Below are positions 35,284 through 41,916 of a DNA stretch of 41,916 nt, piece by piece. The notes beneath the pieces were generated by a model, which worked only from the letters and a program-made list of their open reading frames with translations, searched no databases and was not told the DNA's origin. The position numbers and the translations under genes were made by a program. The stretch covers positions 48,927-90,842 of the forward strand of contig PBBW01000005.1 in NCBI GenBank assembly GCA_002716745.1. The letters are read 5' to 3'. This DNA comes from Gammaproteobacteria bacterium (GTDB lineage Bacteria; Pseudomonadota; Gammaproteobacteria; Magnimaribacterales; TMED112). How positions within the stretch are numbered: position 1 is the stretch's first letter; each line of letters opens with the position of its first letter.

Positions 35284-36142
35284 CAACCTTATAGGAATAA
35301 TATCACTTGTAATAATTATAGTTTTAGCTCAATCGATAGTGATCGTTAAAGATACTGAAAAGGCACTACTTTTAAAACTTGGAGCTTTTGAAAGAACTCT
35401 AGAACCTGGATTAAATTTCAAAATTCCTCTCATGGACACTGCCTTAAAGTTTGAAGGAAGATTGAGAACACTTGATACTCAACCAGATAGGGTATTATCA
35501 AGCGAATCAAAACCTTTATTGGTAGACTCTTTCGTCAAATATAAGATTGTTGATGCAGAAACTTTTTATACATCGACAAACGGTGGCCAAGATAGAGTTG
35601 CAGAAGATACACTGCAAAGAAGGGTAAGAGATAAGCTTAGAAACGAGTTTGGTAAAAGAACTCTCCAAGAAGTTGTGTCTGGAGACAGAGATGGTCTTAT
35701 GTTGTCCTTAAAAGAATCATTAGGTGAGGATTCAAACGAGCTTGGAGTTGAAATCGTTGATTTTAGAGTCAAGAGAATAGACTTTGAGAGAGAGATAAGA
35801 GCATCGGTATTTGAAAGAATGAAAACCGAGAGAAATAGGATCGCTGAAGAGCTGAGAGCAGAAGGGAGAGAGCTCGCAGAGGAAATTAAAGCTGATGCGG
35901 ACAAGCAAAGAACTATTATTCTTGCGAATGCTACCAGAGAATCAGAAAAAATTAGAGGTGAGGGTGATGCTATTGCAACAGCAACCTATGCATCCGCCTT
36001 TAACAAAGACCCAGAATTCTATGATTTCACTAGAAGCTTAAAAGCATATAAAGGCACGTTTAATAATAAAGGCGATGTTTTGCTTCTTGATCCAGACAGT
36101 GACTATTTTAAGTATCTAAATAAATCAGACGCAAGGCCTTAA
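35273..36142 (+). CDS. hflC: FtsH modulator HflC
   Basis: PGLNFKIP, LRNEFG.R, RM..ER, RGEGDA, DPEFY.F.RSL.AY. Confidence 0.95.
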   Translation: MMNNNLIGIISLVIIIVLAQSIVIVKDTEKALLLKLGAFERTLEPGLNFKIPLMDTALKFEGRLRTLDTQPDRVLSSESKPLLVDSFVKYKIVDAETFYTSTNGGQDRVAEDTLQRRVRDKLRNEFGKRTLQEVVSGDRDGLMLSLKESLGEDSNELGVEIVDFRVKRIDFEREIRASVFERMKTERNRIAEELRAEGRELAEEIKADADKQRTIILANATRESEKIRGEGDAIATATYASAFNKDPEFYDFTRSLKAYKGTFNNKGDVLLLDPDSDYFKYLNKSDARP

Positions 36143-37405
36143 ATGAAAAAGTCCCTGATTCTAGTGGGCACTCAGTGGGGCGATGAAGGTAAAGGAAAAA
36201 TTGTTGATTATTTTTCTTCAAAATTTAAGGCTGTCTGTCGATTTCAAGGAGGCCACAATGCTGGCCATACAATTTATCAAGGAAAGGAAAAATTTGTTCT
36301 CCACTTAATACCTTCTGGGATCTTCTATGATCATGTAAAATGCTTCATAGGTCAGGGTGTCATTCTTTCACTTGACTCTCTTTTAAGTGAGATAGATGAA
36401 ATTGAATCAAAAGGAATTAATTTAGAAGGAAAATTACGCATAAGCAGATACTGTAGTTTGTTGTTACCTATTCACGCAAAAATTGATCAACTTAGAGAGG
36501 ATCACAAAAATTCAATTGGAACTACTCGAAGGGGGATAGGGCCAGCATACGAAGATAAAACTGCTAGAAGAAGCATAAAAGCTTTTGATCTTGAAGATAA
36601 AGATTTATTAAAAAAGAAAGTTTTTGATTTAGTTAGTTATTATAATTATCAGATAGAGACAATTTTTAATTCTACAACTTTTGATCCTGGTGAAGTTCTC
36701 AAAGAATTAATAGAAAAATACAAAAAAGCTTCAAAATATTTTGGCGATGTTACTGATACCCTTGAGGACATTTATGGGGATGGCGATCCAATCTTATATG
36801 AGGGAGCACAAGGAACCCTTTTAGACGTTGATTACGGTACTTATCCTTATGTCACCTCCTCGAACACTCTGGCAACATCTGTTGGAATTGGTTCAGGGTT
36901 CCCAAAAAGTATTTTCTCTGATGTGCTCGGAGTTGCAAAAGCCTACACCACAAGAGTAGGTGAGGGGCCTTTCCCTACAGAACTATTTTGTGATGATGGA
37001 AAGAAAATTGCTGATATTGGTAATGAATATGGTGCAACTACTGGAAGACCAAGAAGATGTGGATGGCTTGATTTAGAGGCTCTTAAATATTCAGCTAAAT
37101 TAAATAACCTAACAAGTTTATGCATAACAAAGTTAGACGTTCTTGATGATTTTAATCAAATCAAAGTCTGTATAGGGTATCAAGTCGATGGAGAACTATC
37201 TTCTTTTAAATCTCGGTTGCTGCACAAATCAAAGCCAATATACAAAACAATTGATGGTTGGGGATGTTCTTTAAAGGATGCTAAAAATTTCAATGAACTA
37301 CCAATTGAAGCAAAAGCATTCATAGAACTAATAGAGGAATTTACAAAAATACCAGTGTCACTTATCTCAAATGGACCTAATCGAGAAGATTTAATCCTTA
37401 GATAA
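36143..37405 (+). CDS. purA: Adenylosuccinate synthetase
   Basis: QWGDEGKGK, GGHNAGHT, IGTTRRGIGPAY, EYGATTGRPRRCGW. Confidence 0.97.
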   Translation: MKKSLILVGTQWGDEGKGKIVDYFSSKFKAVCRFQGGHNAGHTIYQGKEKFVLHLIPSGIFYDHVKCFIGQGVILSLDSLLSEIDEIESKGINLEGKLRISRYCSLLLPIHAKIDQLREDHKNSIGTTRRGIGPAYEDKTARRSIKAFDLEDKDLLKKKVFDLVSYYNYQIETIFNSTTFDPGEVLKELIEKYKKASKYFGDVTDTLEDIYGDGDPILYEGAQGTLLDVDYGTYPYVTSSNTLATSVGIGSGFPKSIFSDVLGVAKAYTTRVGEGPFPTELFCDDGKKIADIGNEYGATTGRPRRCGWLDLEALKYSAKLNNLTSLCITKLDVLDDFNQIKVCIGYQVDGELSSFKSRLLHKSKPIYKTIDGWGCSLKDAKNFNELPIEAKAFIELIEEFTKIPVSLISNGPNREDLILR

Positions 37406-38164
37406 TTCTTGAGCCCTTGAAATACCTTTATCTACCGCTTCTGAAAAAATTGAATTGAAATTTTTATCTCGTAAAAGTCTAAGACCAGCTTCAGTTGTGC
37501 CGCCTTTAGATGCGACAGAATCTACTAAAGCATCTAGACTTTCATCATTTTTAATTGCACTAATTATACTTGTGAGGAACAATATTGTTATTTCACGTCT
37601 TATCTCTTTATCAATAACTATACCCTGCATTTTATCTTCAAATTCATTCAAAAGGTCAAAGAAAAATGCTGGAGTGCTTCCAATAAGGACAGTATGTAAA
37701 TCTATCTGATCTTCGCTATCAACAATGATAGCCTTCCCTAGAAAATTAAATAGTGAAACAATGCTTTTATTCTTATGGTTTGAGTAAATTGCAGTTACTC
37801 CCAAATTATCTTTGGTACCAACATTTGTCATCACTCTGGTAATTTTTGTGCGTGGAAGCAGCTCATTGAGCTTTTCAAGTTTTACTCCAGCTGCAACACT
37901 TATTATTTCTTGCCCTTCTTTAGTGACACGTGAGAGATTTCCACAGAGGTCTGGTAAGTCTTGCGGTTTAACACATAAAAAAATAATATCTGCATTTTTG
38001 CAACAATCATCAATTGATAGAACGGTATGCCCGTTATCGACTAACCAATCTAAGCTTCCTTGAAAAATATCATGTCCTGATATCCTTATTTCACGATCTT
38101 TTGAAAGACCAGATATTAGACATTTTGCTAAATGACCACAACCTATAAAACTTAATTTCTTCAT
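37391..38164 (-). CDS. proC: Pyrroline-5-carboxylate reductase
   Basis: FIGCGHLA, VKPQ, SVAAG, RVMTN, VASKGGTTEAG. Confidence 0.9.
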   Translation of the reverse strand: MKKLSFIGCGHLAKCLISGLSKDREIRISGHDIFQGSLDWLVDNGHTVLSIDDCCKNADIIFLCVKPQDLPDLCGNLSRVTKEGQEIISVAAGVKLEKLNELLPRTKITRVMTNVGTKDNLGVTAIYSNHKNKSIVSLFNFLGKAIIVDSEDQIDLHTVLIGSTPAFFFDLLNEFEDKMQGIVIDKEIRREITILFLTSIISAIKNDESLDALVDSVASKGGTTEAGLRLLRDKNFNSIFSEAVDKGISRAQELSKD

Positions 38165-38586
38165 TTATAAGACTCTAATATTTTTTCAAGACTAGCGTTC
38201 ACAAATTTATATGAATTTTCTGCACCAAATTTTTTTGCGAGCCTGACAGATTCATCCAGCAAAATATTTTTAGGCGTTTTTTCTATCTCTGCTTCTGCAA
38301 GTGCTATTAAAAGTATATTCTGTTCCATCTTTTCAATAGTCTTAATTCCAAATAATTCAAATTCTGCATTTCCTTTAATCTTTTCTTGAAGCTCTTTATA
38401 GGATTTGGTGAGGAACCTAAAAATATTTTTAAAAAAAATATAATCTACTTTGGTTTTTGTATAGTTTTTTATAAATGATTCTTCAATCTCATTAGCAGCA
38501 TTATGACCAAAAGAAAATTCATACATTGCTTGCACAAGTAGATTTCTTGCATTTACTTTATCTTTAAATCTTGCAAGATTTTTCAT
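38161..38586 (-). CDS. nusB: Transcription antitermination factor NusB
   Basis: AR...VQAMYE, ESVRLAKKFG...SYKFVN; follows ribH. Confidence 0.88.
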   Translation of the reverse strand: MKNLARFKDKVNARNLLVQAMYEFSFGHNAANEIEESFIKNYTKTKVDYIFFKNIFRFLTKSYKELQEKIKGNAEFELFGIKTIEKMEQNILLIALAEAEIEKTPKNILLDESVRLAKKFGAENSYKFVNASLEKILESYK

Positions 38587-38978
38587 GAGCCTTTTAATAG
38601 ACTCAATAGTGCTTGAATATTACTGGAAGTATTTTTTACAATTCTTTCATCAAGCTGATCTTTGTTTTCAACACAGATTACATTATTGATCATTGGAACA
38701 TATGGTACTTCTAGTGCAAGGCTTCCAATTGACCTAAAAGTTTCAGAAGTGACCAAATCATAATGAGAAGTTTCTCCACGTATAACGATTCCACAAAATA
38801 TTAAGGCATCTGGGCCTTGTTCAAGAAATGCTTTACCACCTGCAGCCAATTCAAGTGAGCCAGGAACCTTTTTTATTTCATATACTGGTCCCTGAACACT
38901 CGTAATTGTATCAACCATAATTTGTATTTGATCTTCGTACCAGCTGGTTTTTATTACGCCAATTTTAAAATTATTCAT
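38583..38978 (-). CDS. ribH: 6,7-dimethyl-8-ribityllumazine synthase (short, divergent)
   Basis: VPGSLEL, GIVIRGETSHYD; expected position between ribB and nusB. Confidence 0.85.
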   Translation of the reverse strand: MNNFKIGVIKTSWYEDQIQIMVDTITSVQGPVYEIKKVPGSLELAAGGKAFLEQGPDALIFCGIVIRGETSHYDLVTSETFRSIGSLALEVPYVPMINNVICVENKDQLDERIVKNTSSNIQALLSLLKGS

Positions 38979-40050
38979 CAACAAATTCCTCTATATTTAA
39001 ATCAAAACCGGAAAGACCACTATACTTTGTTGGAGTTCCTAAAAACTTTATCTTTTTTAATCCTAGTGCTCTTAAAATTTGTGAACCGACTCCAATAACT
39101 CGTCGATTTCTTTTTACCTCAACAGGCTTCCCCATTAGCATGTTCAACCAGTAGGATTTTGCATCTCTGTGATTTATTAATACGAATATTCCCGCATCCT
39201 CTTTTGCCAATCTCTTTAAGGAACCTCTTGTTGACCACTTCTTACCTATTTCGTCAATGCTAAGCACATCTTGTAAAACACTTTGAGTTTGAACTCGTAC
39301 CAATGGAATTGTTTCCTCAGTTATGCTGCCCTTGCTTAAAGAGAAATGATGTTCATCAAAAATTATGTCACGCCATACGCCTAATTTAAATTCACCGTAT
39401 TCGGTAGTTACATCCTTTTCCAATATTCTTTCTACTGTGGATTCTTTTGAAAGTCTAAAATCAATAAGGTCAGCAATTGTTCCAATTTTTAGATCAAACC
39501 TTTCTGCGAATGTTATTAAATCGTCTCTCCTTGCCATACTGCCATCATCATTCATAATTTCACAAATTACCCCAGCTGGAGTGAAACCTGCTAGTGATGA
39601 TAAATCACATGCTGCCTCTGTATGACCAGCTCTTGCCAACACACCCCCATCCATGGCTTTTAGAGGGAAAACATGACCTGGTTGAACAATGTCGTCTGCA
39701 GACGCGTTTTTATTTACAGCGGTCAAAATAGTATGAGCTCTATCATTTGCTGATATTCCAGTAGTAACTCCAGTTTTTGCCTCTATTGAAACAGTAAAAG
39801 CTGTTTTATTAGAAGTTTTATTATTTGAAGTCATGGGCTTTAGATCAAGTTTCTTACACTTGTCTGAATTAAGTGTTAGGCAAATTAAACCTCTGCCATG
39901 TTTTGCCATGAAGTTAATTATTTCCGGAGTTACTGACTCTGCAGCACATACAAGATCCCCTTCGTTCTCTCGATCTTCATCATCTAAAATGATGACCATT
40001 TTTCCTTCTTTTAAATCTTGTAAAAGTTCTAAAATATTATTCTTATTCAT
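38971..40050 (-). CDS. ribB: DHBP synthase RibB fused to a degenerate GTP cyclohydrolase II-like domain (RibBX type)
   Basis: [38 protein letters not shown]. The C-terminal domain reads VRVQTQS and lacks the Zn-binding Cys. Confidence 0.9.
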   Translation of the reverse strand: MNKNNILELLQDLKEGKMVIILDDEDRENEGDLVCAAESVTPEIINFMAKHGRGLICLTLNSDKCKKLDLKPMTSNNKTSNKTAFTVSIEAKTGVTTGISANDRAHTILTAVNKNASADDIVQPGHVFPLKAMDGGVLARAGHTEAACDLSSLAGFTPAGVICEIMNDDGSMARRDDLITFAERFDLKIGTIADLIDFRLSKESTVERILEKDVTTEYGEFKLGVWRDIIFDEHHFSLSKGSITEETIPLVRVQTQSVLQDVLSIDEIGKKWSTRGSLKRLAKEDAGIFVLINHRDAKSYWLNMLMGKPVEVKRNRRVIGVGSQILRALGLKKIKFLGTPTKYSGLSGFDLNIEEFVDE

Positions 40051-41045
40051 TTTTCAAAAACCATCTTAGTGTCCGGCCCAATAGTATAGTTTGATTTAAC
40101 TTTAAATCCATATCTATCAATTAAATCTGGCGAATCAAACCAAGGTACTCCCGCATCTCCTAATTCCTTATTTGATTCATAAATTATGAGTTGATCGCAC
40201 AACTCATTTTTTATAAAAGAATTTACTAGTTTTGGACCTGCTTCGACCAAAATAGAGTTAATCTCAGTTTGTGATATAGAGTCAATTACTTTTTTTAAAT
40301 CACCCAAGTTGAATATTTCTACGTCTGCATTTTGAAAAAAGTGAAGATTTTTATCCCAGTTCCTTTGTGCTGTTAGAAGTATTTTTTTTGGCTGATTAAC
40401 TGGAAAATTTACTCTTGCATTCATTCTTGGATTGTCATTTCTAACAGTATTACCCCCTGTCAGAATTGCATCATGCTTAGCACGAACTATCTGAACGTCA
40501 CTCCTTGAAGCCTCAGATGTAATCCAAGTAGAACTTCCGTCATTATTATGAGACTTCCCATCTTTTGAGCTTGCTAATTTGATGGTTATGAAAGGGCGTT
40601 TTGTTTTGTGCTTGAAGAAAAAAAATTTATTTAAATTTATTGTTTCCTGCCTTAAAACATCCTCTATAACTTCAATTCCATTTTCCACCATCTTTTTGAT
40701 TCCTGTGCCTGAAACTTTAGGATTGGGATCATCCGAGCCAATCACTACTCTCTTTATACCTGAAGCAATTATTGCATCTGTACATGGAGGTGTTTTTCCA
40801 AAATGATTACACGGTTCTAGAGTGCAAATTAAAGTAAGGTTTTCTGTATTTGTAATATTTAATTTTTTTAACTCGTTTAGACAGTTAACTTCAGCATGTG
40901 CTCCACCATATTGTTCATGAGCACCCTGACATATGACCTCGTTCTTATGTAAAATTAGGGCCCCAACCACAGGATTAGGTTTAGTAGTATATCTATACTT
41001 TTGAGCCAAAAGAATGGCTTGTTGCATGAATTTTTCGTAATCCAT
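40047..41045 (-). CDS. ribD: Bifunctional pyrimidine deaminase/reductase RibD
   Basis: PNPVVGA, HAE, TLEPCNH...PPC, KLASS.DG, VEAGP. Confidence 0.95.
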   Translation of the reverse strand: MDYEKFMQQAILLAQKYRYTTKPNPVVGALILHKNEVICQGAHEQYGGAHAEVNCLNELKKLNITNTENLTLICTLEPCNHFGKTPPCTDAIIASGIKRVVIGSDDPNPKVSGTGIKKMVENGIEVIEDVLRQETINLNKFFFFKHKTKRPFITIKLASSKDGKSHNNDGSSTWITSEASRSDVQIVRAKHDAILTGGNTVRNDNPRMNARVNFPVNQPKKILLTAQRNWDKNLHFFQNADVEIFNLGDLKKVIDSISQTEINSILVEAGPKLVNSFIKNELCDQLIIYESNKELGDAGVPWFDSPDLIDRYGFKVKSNYTIGPDTKMVFEK

Positions 41046-41497
41046 TATTTTTTTGAAAGTTCAGAAATTTCGTCGGTAAAGTCTTTTACATCTTGGAAAT
41101 TTTGATAGACAGAAGCAAACCTCACGTATGCAACTTCATCCAATTCTTTAAGTTGGTTCATGACTTGCTTTCCAAGAATCTGCGACCCAACCTCTCTTTC
41201 ACCAATCTTCCTTATAGAGTCTTTAATTTCTTGAATAGCATTTTCTATCTTATCTGAAGAGACTGGTCTCTTTTCAAGAGCTTTATGAAAACCAGCTCTG
41301 AGTTTTTCTTCATCAAATGGCTCTCTTCTATCATTTGATTTAATTATTCTTGGCATAACAAGTTCTGCTTCTTCATAGGTTGAAAATCTCTCCCCACAAT
41401 TTGTACACTCTCTTCTTCTTTTTATTTGTGATCCTCCTGCTACTAGACGAGAATCAACCACTTTGGTCTCTTCATTACTGCAAAAAGGACAAAACAT
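41045..41497 (-). CDS. nrdR: Transcriptional repressor NrdR
   Basis: CPFC...VVDSR...RRREC..C.ERF.TYE, ATP cone, [10 protein letters not shown]. Confidence 0.97.
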   Translation of the reverse strand: MFCPFCSNEETKVVDSRLVAGGSQIKRRRECTNCGERFSTYEEAELVMPRIIKSNDRREPFDEEKLRAGFHKALEKRPVSSDKIENAIQEIKDSIRKIGEREVGSQILGKQVMNQLKELDEVAYVRFASVYQNFQDVKDFTDEISELSKK

Positions 41498-41916
41498 TAC
41501 TTATAAACCGGAAAATTCTCACACAATTGGTTTACTTCTCTAAGGATTTCAACATGTTTATCACTTTGATCTTTGTATTCAATTGCGTCGCAAATTAGGT
41601 TGGCAACTTTATTAGCCTCATTTCCTTTAAAACCTCTTGTCGTTATAGCAGGAGTACCGATTCTAATCCCAGAAGTAACAAATGGTGATTGAGGATCATT
41701 AGGGATAGAGTTTTTATTTACAGTTATATTTAATTTCCCAAGAAGCTCTTCTGCCTCTTTGCCAGTAACGTCCTTATTTGTAAGGTCTAAAAGAACCAAG
41801 TGATTTTCAGTTTTAGGACTTACAGTTAAGAAGCCACGTTCCTGAAAAACTTTACACATCTCTGAGGCATTTAATTTAATTTCTTTTTGATATTTTTTAA
41901 ATTCCGGTGTCATTGC
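41497..41916 (-). CDS. glyA: Serine hydroxymethyltransferase, C-terminal part (5' end outside the window)
   Basis: [31 protein letters not shown]. Confidence 0.95.
   Translation of the reverse strand, partial: AMTPEFKKYQKEIKLNASEMCKVFQERGFLTVSPKTENHLVLLDLTNKDVTGKEAEELLGKLNITVNKNSIPNDPQSPFVTSGIRIGTPAITTRGFKGNEANKVANLICDAIEYKDQSDKHVEILREVNQLCENFPVYK

Overview
AT-rich, very compact bacterial chromosome segment. Genes overlap or nearly abut. Gene content and order suggest a streamlined marine gammaproteobacterium, plausibly SAR86-like (inference). The left part (1-17 kb) is a nutrient-scavenging accessory region: D-aminoacylase, PQQ sugar dehydrogenase, DJ-1 protein, then a 12.3 kb block between tRNA-Ile(GAT) and tRNA-Ala(TGC). 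That block holds a purple acid phosphatase, a Na+/solute symporter, a His-rich ZnuD-like TonB receptor preceded by a small His/CxxC/RAPP leader ORF, a TonB receptor + e(P4) nucleotidase + Npt-like transporter trio, and a 2-Cys DksA2-type factor. The right part is mostly housekeeping (tesB, hemE, aroKB, mrcA, PMM/PGM, ilvE, lpxL, waaA, miaA, hflKC, purA, proC, nusB, rib genes, nrdR, partial glyA), with several usual neighbours missing. Two candidate systems stand out. (1) A four-gene set at 27750-31230 resembles the mycobacterial methylmannose-polysaccharide (MMP) cluster (ManT/OrfD/MmpH/MeT1). (2) A likely metal-sensing ribosome-arrest leader at 7494-7760 has RAPP codons that are themselves complementary to the Shine-Dalgarno of the downstream receptor. 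I saw no integrase, transposase, CRISPR array or rRNA. All family assignments come from motif recognition by eye, not database searches.
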